Source: Octopus sinensis (Eukaryota). Taken from it: DNA of 64,000 nucleotides. The position numbers were made by a program, and so were the translations under genes. The stretch covers positions 55,130,464 through 55,194,463 of the forward strand of contig NC_043011.1 of assembly GCF_006345805.1 (NCBI RefSeq), in the 5' to 3' direction. The notes under the pieces are model-generated. The model had not been told where the DNA came from and ran no database searches. It was given only the letters and a program-made list of their open reading frames with translations. Positions 1 through 9,603 of this stretch are shown piece by piece; positions within the stretch are counted from its first letter, which is position 1, and each line of letters opens with the position of its first letter.

Positions 1-1045
1 CCTCTGCATCTAAGTCTTTTACGATGACCACTACAATGCGGTAATCCCTGAAAAATATCTGTTATCAAAGAACAGGATTCCACAGTCACACACTGTATAG
101 TTCCGTTCCGAGTTTGGCTACATTCAATTTTTTTTTCGCATTCATGCTTCGTCACGGCACAATTCTCACCATCTGTACAATTATTCTCCTCTTTTGTTTT
201 CGTCGTATCAGAACGTTTAGGAATGGAATCATTCGTCCCCGTTGAATGCTGTCGTATTGCTGTTGTTGGAATTATTGTTAAATCAATCTTTTCTGTTGCC
301 GTGAGTTGTTTATTTGTCTCATCTATTTTCGATGAAACCATTGTATTGGTTTTGCCAATCGGACTATCTAGAGAATTGTTTGTTTTTTCAGCCCCTGGGT
401 AGTTATTTTTTGTTGACAACTGGGGTGGGGCTGTGATGGGAAGTAATTCCTCTGAAACCAAAGAATCTGAAAAAGAACCTGGAGGTTCGGTTGCAGTTTT
501 TTGCCGCTCACCCTTCTTTCGAATTTGATTTATCGCATTCAGTTTTTGTGAATCCAAAATAGTTGTAGATGGTTCAACAGAAAACGCATTTGACCTATGG
601 TCACCTGATTGTACGTCACCTGATCCGTAGTCACTGAAATCGCTTGGTTCCAATAGATTTAAATAATGCCCTGATGCGGAGCCAGGCTCAGACATACTTA
701 ATCGATTCTCATGAAGAGCTCCGTGCGATGCTAGTAAATTTTCTGACATTAGCAATGGGGCCGAAATACTTTTGGTCCCAACTGAACTGGAATCGTTTTT
801 GCTAAACTGTGATTGCAGCGCACTTCGTTGCCTGCATATCTCATTTGGTTTACAAATTTTAGAAGATAAGCGTAACGCATTTCTTTTCTTTCTTCTTTTC
901 CCATTCTTTCTAGTATTTTGGAGTTTCGTCTCTTCTTCTTCAGCGCCATTATTGGGGATTAATTTATCAAAAGCAATATCTGCACAATTGTAAAACTGCA
1001 TTTCATAACCACAAACACGTCCCTCACTGCCACTTCTACAACGAC
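1..1045 (-). CDS. AA15 LPMO-like secreted protein, last visible coding exon (end of LPMO domain, furin site, S/T-rich linker, Cys-rich region); continues off the left edge
   Basis: Acceptor tatttcag at 1046-1053 (minus), phase 1, matching the upstream donor. Stop-free frame of about 348 codons to position 1: (S)RCRSGSEGRVCGYEMQFYNCADIAFDK...KRRKKRNAL...DYGSGDVQSGD...NCTDGENCAVTKHECEKKIECSQTRNGTIQCVTVESCSLITDIFQGLPHCSGHRKRLRCR. CGYEMQFYNCADI aligns with the AA15 C-terminal motif GCGxQExFxxCADI. Confidence 0.88.
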
Positions 1046-1164
1046 CTGAAATATGAAATCAAAAATCCTTATTTATAGACAAAATAAAAATACATATTTA
1101 TAGACTAAACAGAGACACTTATTTAGGTTAAAGCTAACCAGAGTAAAGTCAGAGCAAGGTTCAC

Positions 1165-1470
1165 CCAATTTGATAGAGTAGATTTTTATCTGTATCTATC
1201 GAAAGGGTTTCTAGTTAAGGCGCTTATGTTCGCTAGGAATTTTACTGAGATTAGTGCTAAGGACATAGACGTGATTATGCACGCTAGGAAAATGCTGCTG
1301 TTCGACAAAGGTTTGGTCTGGGTCAAAGAAACCAACCCAGTAAGCTCCTTCAATGTGATGATTCGACAGCCCGAATGTCTGCGATCTCATAGGATTGTAT
1401 ATACTAGACACCTTAACGAAGGGGTTCCCGTCAGTCATTTTTGGTCTGTACAGCGATGTTTGTCAAATTA
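1165..1470 (+). mobile_element. Penelope-like retroelement reverse transcriptase fragment (degraded)
   Basis: Translates as KALMFARNFTEISAKDIDVIMHARKMLLFDKGLVWVK...FNVM...YILDTL, resembling the Penelope-type RT segment IIMHARKSLLF..WVKK..FDVTMG; frameshifted. Confidence 0.65.
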
Positions 1471-2887
1471 AAAAGGTTGGGGAGAGAAATAAAACACGAA
1501 GCAGCAGAAATGCACAGAATAGCAATGAAATATTTGGTCATTGCGTTGTCAGGGACTGTACAGGTAAAAATCTGCGGTGGCGATGAAACCGTTGAAGATA
1601 TGAAAGGTCGTAGACGATCTTCTGCGTTTAACAGCAACCGTTTAAGAGATAATATTGAAATTGACCAACGCAAAACAAGTCAGGAGTTTGTAGTAGAAAT
1701 AGAATATTGACCATTCAAAAGTTGGTCAATAATTGCATCGCCTTGGGCATTGTAAAAAGTACTCGGATTTAATTAAACTGATTCACATAATATGTAATTT
1801 TTAAAAAAGAAGTAAAACTTTGGACATCGGTTATAATAATGTAGTTTTTCAGTCTTATTGCTATGAATGTATGATGTTATGGAGGAAAAAGTTACACAGG
1901 TTTAAAAATCGAAAAAAAAAACTGTATATTTTTAGTCAATAGCGAGACAGAAATTTTCTGCGTTTAGCGGAGCGGTGTCAACTATAAGGTTTTATAGCTT
2001 AGTGAAATTTATAGCTTAGTGAAATGACCTGTTCATTGAAGGTTTCTAAATCAACAGAAATACCTAATAAAATCAATATGTATCATCTTACTGTTTCTTT
2101 TGTCTCTTCATTGATTGTATGTTTTTATTATTTTTTTCAATTTGTTATTTAATATATTTGTCTGCATGAGTTTACTTCATGCGTGTTTCAGTATTATGTA
2201 TACTCGTCATGTATTTGTTTACATCATTAATATATAAGTGTGTGTGTGAAGGGGGGGGGGGCGTCTGTCTCCAAAGTTGAGTACCGTTTCCGTGCTTGCA
2301 TTTGTAAACTACGGTAAGAAAAACACTGGTCAATAAAGAATTTTTGCCCCCCCAAAGTATATGAAATGAAAAATATGTAAAAATACTAACACACAGAAAA
2401 ATTAAAACAAAACACGCGGTAGAAAAGAATCTGTTGAATCAACAGAGAACAAAGTGTGGCACAGACACAAGTGAAGTGAAACACAGCGTGCGGTTGTCAT
2501 GGTAAGAAGCTGCTAATTCCACGCTGTTGGTTGATTGGCTAAAATTACCCAATTTCCCAACTTTAATTCCAAATAACATCAGATTCTTTAATTTACGAGA
2601 TAAAGTAATTAGTTGATCGTAATCAAAATTCAGAGTCGCATCGATGCACCGAAATTGAAAGCAATCTGAGCTTGAATTAAAGGGGGCTCAATTTGCCAAT
2701 GAAACTAACTAGATCCAAATACTCTCAGAAGCTGAAAGAAAATAATAATAAAAATTCTGCTGTTATGAAATCTTCTCTGTGCATCTTTTGGTATAATAAA
2801 CACTATTCCCTGTTATAACCAATGGACTGAGGTAAGCAGCAACACGCTTTCCCCAGACAGAAGTTGTATCATAAGAAGGTTAAGCGT

Positions 2888-3082
2888 TTACTCTTTTACT
2901 CTTTTACTGGTTTCACTCATTTGACTGTGGCCATGCTGGAGCACCGCCTTTAGTCGAGCAAATCGACCCCAGGACTTATTCTTTGTAAGCCCAGTACTTA
3001 TTCTATCGGTCTCATTTGCCGAACCGCTAAGTTACGGGGACGTAAACACACCAGCATCGGTTGTCAAGCGATGTTGAGGGGA

Positions 3083-3168
<86 letters not shown>

Positions 3169-3328
3169 GAAGGGCTTCTTTCAGTTTTCATCTACCAAAT
3201 CCACTCACAAGGCTTTGGTCGGCCCGAGGCTATAGTAGAAAACACTTGCCCAAGGTGCCACGCAGTGGGACTGAACCCGGAACCATGTGGTTGGTGAGCA
3301 AGCTACTTACCACACAGCCACTCCTATG
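2888..3328 (-). mobile_element. tRNA-derived SINE family A (internal CA/TA microsatellite, AGAGTAAA tail)
   Basis: Reverse complement of the family at 6338, 24833, 34181 and 37256; head ggagtggctgtgtggtaag...ggttcagtccc with A/B-box-like motifs. Confidence 0.9.
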
Positions 3329-3648
3329 CCTTGGGGATTATCAAGTGGAAACATTCGCTACACTTTGTTGAATCCTGGTGAAAGCATCCCCTGAAGAGCG
3401 ATAAAACGCACCAAAAACTGTAGCATTTAGGTCCAGCATTGGTTAACAGAAAAACGACCAATTCTTCTCATAATATCCTACCTTATGTCTCACAAATGAT
3501 TCTACTGAAACTGAACGAACTGGATAGTGTAACTGATACCCAAGTTACTTTCAAGCCCTCTCCAATAACCCCCACCACTACCATCCTTTCAAGCATCTAG
3601 AAGAATTCTTGCATAATATCTCTTCAACAACCAAGCAGCAGCTCCAGA

Positions 3649-3980
3649 TATCTTTATATATAAAAGTGAGGTTGTGTGCTGTCTGTCTCCTACGATTTAG
3701 ATTCCTAACTACTCCCACATTTTGCGGTGCAGTTTAACCAAAACCGGGTATCTTATAGTCGTGATTCATATCGAGCCTTCTGGGTACTAGCGCGCGTCTA
3801 CGATGAGTCTACGATTAAAAAAAAAATTTACCATCTATTTTTCCCATTTTTAATGCATTTTTGGCGTATATAAGGGAAGTAACTCTCTAAAAATTTATTA
3901 TTAAATCTCAGAACGTAAAAAGCTACAGTACCCCCCCCCCTTTGTGGTTAGCCATATTGAGATGGCTATTATACTTTACA
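3649..3980 (+). mobile_element. Probable non-autonomous Helitron-like repeat, 5' part
   Basis: Starts atctttatatataaaag...gtctgtc, a Helitron-like 5' TC terminus; no 3' hairpin/CTAG was seen. Confidence 0.4.
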
Positions 3981-3983
3981 TTA

Positions 3984-4372
3984 GTGGAGGCGCAATGGCC
4001 CAGTGGTTAGGGCAGCGGACTCGCGGTCGTAGGATCGCGGTTTCGATTCCCAGACCGGGCGTTGTGAGTGTTTATTGAGCGAAAACACCTAAAGCTCCAC
4101 GAGGCTCCGGCAGGGGTTGGTGGTGATCCCTGCTGTACTCTTTCACCACAACTTTCTCTCACTCTTACTTCCTGTTTCTGTTGTACCTGTATTTCAAAAG
4201 GGCTGGCCTTGTCACTCTCTGTGTCACGCTGAATATCCCCGAGAACTACGTTAAGGGTACTCGTGTCTGTGGAGTGCTCAGCCACTTACACGTTAATTTC
4301 ACGAGCAGGCTGTTCTGTTGATTCGGATCAACCGGAACCCTCGTCGTCGTAACCGACGGAGTGCTTCCATCC
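3984..4372 (+). mobile_element. tRNA-derived SINE family C, full length
   Basis: Head gtggaggcgcaatggcccagtggttagggcagcgg...ggtttcgattccc (A and B boxes); body shared with 25519-25855 and head shared with 24091. Confidence 0.88.
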
Positions 4373-4470
4373 ACTTAAAAACCGTTATGTTAAAAACCGT
4401 TATAATGTTTTGTACCAATCTGTTAGTTGAAAGATCAAAAGAAAATAAACAAGAAAAGGTATCTCCTCAC

Positions 4471-4837
4471 TAGTTTTATATTTCCATTGAAGAACGCACT
4501 GGATGCATTGGATTTCCTGGGACAGCTCCAAATGGATGTGAAGCCAGCCTTTAGATTGGGGATAATATCGGGTATTCCCTGTTTCCTTTATTTTCAGTTT
4601 GTCAGTCTTTAAACAATCAGCATCTACTACTGTGCTGATATTACTGGGAGAACAGATTCGGAACTCGAAGTAGCCATGTTGAAATAACTGCAGGTAAATG
4701 GAAACTGGGATCGAACGCGTGTTTTCTGGGTAATGTCTAACGTTGCCTCTGCTGCCACTACCGAGCTTTCTTTGGTGGCTTTCTCTTTCGTATTGTACTG
4801 AACATGTGCCGCACTTTCTCTTGACCAAAATCAACGG
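4471..4837 (-). CDS. AA15 LPMO-like protein, core exon
   Basis: Acceptor ccctccag (AG at 4838-4839), donor gtgagg (GT at 4469-4470); 367 nt, phase 0 to phase 1. PLILVKRKCGTCS...RHYPENTRSIPVSIYLQLFQHGYFEFRICS...DCL...L...LELSQEIQCIQCVLQWKYKT matches the AA15 motifs KCGxCGD, GYFEFRLC and CxQCVLQWKY. Confidence 0.9.
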
Positions 4838-4896
4838 CTGGAGGGAAATATGTAAGAGACAATAATTAGCAACAAATAATTAACGTTTAAATGGAT

Positions 4897-5023
4897 TGTG
4901 TGTGTGTGTGTGTGAGTGTGTGTGTGTGTGTGTGTGTGAGTGTGTGTGTGTGTGTGTGTGTTGTGTGAGTGTGTGTGTATTTGTGTGTGTGTGTGTTTGT
5001 GTGTGTATTTGTGTGTGTGTGTT

Positions 5024-5054
<31 letters not shown>

Positions 5055-5352
5055 TTGTGTGTGTATTTGTGTGTGTGTGTGTTTGTGTGTGTATTTGTGT
5101 GTGTGTGTTTGTGTGTGTGTGTTTGTGTGTGTATTGTGTGTGTGTGTGGTGTGTTTGTGTGTGTATTTGTGTGTGTGTGTGTTTGTGTGTGTATTTGTGT
5201 GTGTGTGTTTGTGTGTGTGTTTGTGTGTGTGTGTTGTGTTTGTGTGTGTATTTGTGTGTGTGTGTGTTTGTGTGTGTGTTTGTGTGTGTGTGGTTTGTGT
5301 GTGTGTGTGTTTGTGTGTGTTTGTGTGTGTATTGTGTGTGTGTGTGTGTGTT

Positions 5353-5405
<53 letters not shown>

Positions 5406-5460
5406 ATTTGTGTGTGTTTGTGTGTGTATTTGTGTGTGTGTGTGTGTGTGTGTGTGTATA
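4897..5460. repeat. Interrupted (TG)n microsatellite, about 560 bp
   Basis: TG runs punctuated by TTT and TATT; source of the HT/CV pseudo-ORFs. Confidence 0.97.
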
Positions 5461-5462
5461 CA

Positions 5463-5785
5463 CAGGGTGTCCCAAAAGTCACTGATGGGTTTCAATTTCT
5501 AATAACTCCCTTAACTCTACAAATAAATGCCTGAAATTTTGATACAATATATAAAGGACATAATGGAAATTAATATGAAAAATGACATTGCTCAAACGGC
5601 AGCCATTTTCGTCTTCGCACACCCGTGCTCTTTCCAAAACTTGCACCATAACACCCTCAAGAGTTTCAGACCCCACTTCTCTGATTTCTCTATCAATGTT
5701 CTCCTTCAGTTGCACCAGGGTCTCCGGTTTGTTGATGTAAATCCTGGCGCAGATGGCGGAGACGTAAACCAACCCCTCCACCCTT
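5463..5785 (-). mobile_element. Tc1/mariner transposon 3' half with TIR
   Basis: TIR cagggtgtcccaaaagtc at 5463; transposase C-terminus YINKPETLVQLKENIDREI...ERARVCEDENGCRLSNVIF. Confidence 0.8.
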
Positions 5786-5924
5786 AATTTTTTTTTTTTA
5801 ACGGAAACCCACGTTTCTGAAAACAAATTGGCGAAAATCGCAACTTCAAAATTTCAATTCCCCACCTTTCTTCATTTTTCACTTTTTTTCAGAAATCTTT
5901 TTCGGGGAAATACGTAGAAAAATA

Positions 5925-6177
5925 CGGTACTACTTGAGAACAGTGGTCCCGGTGCGCGCGCACTCGCATACTCGCGCATCCGCGCTAGCTAGTCATGACT
6001 AGTCGATTCTTACTTTGTGTTTTTGTGTGTTATTTACTTTGTTTAAAAAATTATTTACTTTGTGTTTTATTTACTTTGCTAGGTAGTCGTTGTACGATCG
6101 ACAAGTCACGACTAGCTAGCGCGGATGCGCGACTACGCGAGTGCGCGCACCGGGACCACTGTTCTCAAGTAGTACCG
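5925..6177. mobile_element. MITE with about 80-bp terminal inverted repeats
   Basis: cggtactacttgagaacagtggtcccggtgcgcgc...gcgcgcaccgggaccactgttctcaagtagtaccg; direct repeat aaaaata at 5918-5924 and 6178-6184. Confidence 0.88.
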
Positions 6178-6337
6178 AAAAATATGGAGATTATGATTCT
6201 GAAAGCAAAAATTGTCTGTAAAATTTCAATTTTTCAAAAAAAATTAATTTTTTGTAATTTTCAAGTTTCAGTTTGTAGAAAAAAACACTTTCAATTGTAA
6301 AAAAAAAAAAAAAAATTAATAAAAAAAACCCAACGAA

Positions 6338-6496
6338 CAGGAGTGGCTGTGTGGTAAGTAGCTTGCTAACCAACCACATGGTTCCGGGTTCAGTCCCACT
6401 GCGTGGCATCTTGGGCAAGTGTCTTCTGCTATAGCCCCGGGCCGACCAATGCCTTGTGAGTGGATTTGGTAGACGGAAACTGAAAGAAGCCTGTCG

Positions 6497-6533
<37 letters not shown>

Positions 6534-6752
6534 TTGTGTGTCTGTGTTTGTCCCCCTAGCATTGCTTGACAACCGATGCTGGTGTGTTTATGTCCCCGTT
6601 ATTTAGCGATTCGGCAAAAGAGACCGATAGAATAAGTACTGGGCTTACAAAGAATAAGTCCCGGGGTCGATTTGCTCGACTAAAGGCGGTGCTCCAGCAT
6701 GGCCGCAGTCAAAATGACTGAAACAAGTAAAAAGAGTAAAAAGAGTAAAGAG
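6338..6752 (+). mobile_element. SINE family A
   Basis: Full-length copy with tRNA-like head and agagtaaa tail. Confidence 0.92.
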
Positions 6753-7232
6753 AACACTTTAATTTCACTTTTTCACAGTTTTCCTAATTTTACTGCGATC
6801 GTGAATTGTAAATCAGTTTCAACAAAACGGAAAGACAATTTTAGTAAATCAACGAAAGATTAATTAGTTATATTATATTTCTGATTTCAGGATTTTTTTT
6901 GTTCAATACAAAGGATGGTTAATGATAATTATTTCAAAACTTACCACAGAGCGAAATAGATATTCCAAAGTCATGGCAACATTTGAGCTGACCAATTAAG
7001 AATTATGGGATTATTGATGTGTTTTGGTCAGAATTTTTACGGGTCAAGAAGTCAAACCCATTCAACTTTTTAGTCTATCGCGTCAGCGACATCAATTACA
7101 AAGGATTGTTGGCAAAGAAAAACTGATTGGAGGAGAAGCCAAAAACATGCTTTTTTTCTGAAAGCATGCCTTCCGTAGTTATTTTATAGAGATAAAAAAG
7201 AATCTTACAGGCAATGAAATAATAGCTTATGA

Positions 7233-7648
7233 GGCGGCGAGCTGGCAGAATCGTTAGCACGCCGGGCGAAATGCTCAGCGGTATTTCGTCTGCCGTTACG
7301 TTGTGAGTTCAAATTCCGCCGCGGTCGACTTTGCCTTTCATCCTTTCGGGGTCGATTAAATAAGTACCAGTTACGCACTGGGGTCGATGTAATCGACTTA
7401 ATACCTATGTCTGTCCTTGTTTGTCCCCTCTATGTTTAGCCCCTTGTGGGTAGTAAAGAAATAGGTATTTCGTCTGCCGTTACGTTCTGAGTTCAAATTC
7501 CGCCGAGGTCGACTTTGCCTTTCATCCTTTTGGGGTCGATAAATTAAGTACCAGTTACGCACTGGGGTCGATGTAATCGACTTAATCCGTTTGTCTGTCC
7601 TTGTTTGTCCCCTCTGTGTGTAGCCCCTTGTGGGCAGTAAAGAAATAA
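7233..7648 (+). mobile_element. SINE family B, body tandemly duplicated
   Basis: ggcggcgagctggcagaatcgttagc head; the body gttcaaattccgccgaggtcgactttgcctttcatcctttcggggtcgat...gtaaagaaata occurs twice. Confidence 0.9.
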
Positions 7649-7869
7649 GTTATTGAAAGATAGGAGGGGTGGACAAAAGATTTCATATGCATTTTTCTTA
7701 AAGCATACCTAGTGGAAGCAAACTGGAAACCCATCAATCTGGATGGGCTTCCTTTGCAACAAAGTAACTTTTTCAGCTCAGTTTCCAATGAATTGGACAA
7801 CTTTTCAATCTAGTTATAAATACATTACGTCCTTAAATTGATTTTTGAGTTATATAAAAATCAACGGAC

Positions 7870-8439
7870 ATGTAATGCATGACTAGCATGTCTCGACTGC
7901 ACGCCACTGCCCACAAGAAAAAAATCGGAGCTAGTCAAGTCTGGGGAATGTGAAGGCCATTCAAAGTAGACCTCGGAAGCAACTGCTCATACCGCAAGAG
8001 AAATAATGCAGTTGCTACGGCAGTGCTTTGGAGAGAGAAAAATCTCCCGCTACGGCAATGTCAACTGGCCTTCACCGTTCCCCACACTTGATTAGCCCGG
8101 ATTTTTTCTTGAGGGGATACCCGAAAGAGAGGGTTTACGCCAACAAACTGGAGACCCTGGTGCAACTGAAGGACAACATTAATAGAGAAATCAGAGATGT
8201 GGGTCTGAAATTCTTGAGGGTGTTATGGTGCAAGTTTTGGAAAGAGCGCAGGTGTGTGAAACTGAAAATCGCTGCCATTTAAGCGATGTCATTTTTCATA
8301 TGTGATGTAGCAAAATTTGACTTGTGCATATTCATTTCCAGTATGTCCTTTAAATTGTATCAAAATTTCATGCATTTGTTTGTAAAGTTAAGGAAGTTAT
8401 TAAAAATTGAAACTCATCAGTGACTTTTGGGACACCCTG
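7870..8439 (+). mobile_element. Tc1/mariner transposon 3' half with TIR, inverted relative to the 5463 copy
   Basis: SPHLISPDFFLRGYPKERVYANKLETLVQLKDNINREI (SPDL..DFFLWG motif); ends gacttttgggacaccctg at 8439. Confidence 0.82.
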
Positions 8440-8466
8440 TGTGTGTGTGTGTGTAGGCAAATAAAT

Positions 8467-8484
8467 CGATAGATAGATAGATAG

Positions 8485-8552
<68 letters not shown>
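8467..8552. repeat. (GATA)n microsatellite
   Basis: Near-pure GATA run. Confidence 0.95.
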
Positions 8553-8554
<2 letters not shown>

Positions 8555-9248
8555 ATATGTTGACAAGGCAATATTAATAGGAGAGCGACTCAATCAAAGC
8601 AGTTGACTCGAGAACATTACTGGTATTACATTATCGACACTTGATGGGATTTGAAATTAAAACAGTAAATCTCTAAATCATACAGAGCTGGGAAACACTC
8701 TGTCAGCATTATTGTTTATGCTTACATAGCTTACCATAGAGTTGATATTTACAAATGGATAAAGCAGCGTGGTGGCAGAAAAGTTAACACGCTGAGTTCA
8801 AATTCCGCCGAGGTCGACTTCGTCTTTAATCCTTTCAGGTTCGATAAAAATAAGCTTGGATTTTCAGAAAATGGAATCAGTTAATTGACTCACACATTAC
8901 AAATGCAATTTGTAAGTGTAAGAGTAAAAATATACAAAACTTTTCTCAAGTTTAAAATGTGACATGATTTTAATATCTACATTCCAACGATGGAACTTTG
9001 TATCTTTGTCAGAAACCAGTTCCTTCTTCAAAGGAAGAATTTAAATAATTAAAAGCAAAAGAGAACATACACACACACACACACACAAACCACACACCAC
9101 ACACATACATATATACGCACATACATACACACACATACATACATAGATGCATGCATGTATACACACATAAGAACATGCAAACATACGGACATACACACAT
9201 ACATGCACTCATACATACACACATATACATTGTGTGTGTGTGTGTGTG

Positions 9249-9287
<39 letters not shown>

Positions 9288-9447
9288 GTGTGTGAAACAA
9301 ATAAGCAAGAAGGAACACGAGACGTGTCGGTGGAAGAAATTCCGAAACTCGAAACCAATTGTTGACACAGTTTTGTGTGACGAGAAACGTTCTTACTGAT
9401 TGGAAACCATTATCAAAACCGATAATTATAAACAGTTAATGGCTTAC

Positions 9448-9603
9448 GTGTCTTCCATGGCAATCCAGCTGATTGCTTCTGAGGTTCGTGGTCTCTGTGG
9501 AACCGGTTCTCCAAAACTTCGATCTCTGTTGCGGTTCCGTCATTGTCCCTTGTGAATTGATGCTGTTTACAAGAAACCCCAAAATGACGAGGGCGGACAA
9601 ACT
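9448..9603 (-). CDS. AA15 LPMO-like protein, exon with signal-peptide h/c region and mature N-terminus
   Basis: Acceptor tttaaatttccag (AG at 9604-9605), donor gtaagc (GT at 9446-9447); 156 nt, phase 0 to 0. SLSALVILGFLVNSINS-QGTMTEPQQRSKFWRTGSTETTNLRSNQLDCHGRH aligns without gaps to the AA15 N-terminus HGRLxEPPSRSSMWRxGFxTPxNYNDNxLxCGG. Confidence 0.88.

Noticed and set aside
3984-4056. tRNA genes at SINE heads (also 6338, 11413, 24091)
   Set aside because: The A/B boxes continue into multi-copy SINE bodies; no complete cloverleaf or terminator.
4831-5534. Long His/Thr- and Cys/Val-rich ORFs (also 20248-20832 and 26531-27582)
   Set aside because: Translations of TG and TATG microsatellites, open in most frames for compositional reasons.
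6945-7160. Donor gtaagt at about 6940 as an extra LPMO exon
   Set aside because: In-frame stop close upstream, no AA15 similarity, and the flanking exons already join in phase.
9550-9552. Rescue of His1 by A-to-I RNA editing
   Set aside because: Editing CAA can give only CAG, CGA or CGG (Gln or Arg), never CAT or CAC.
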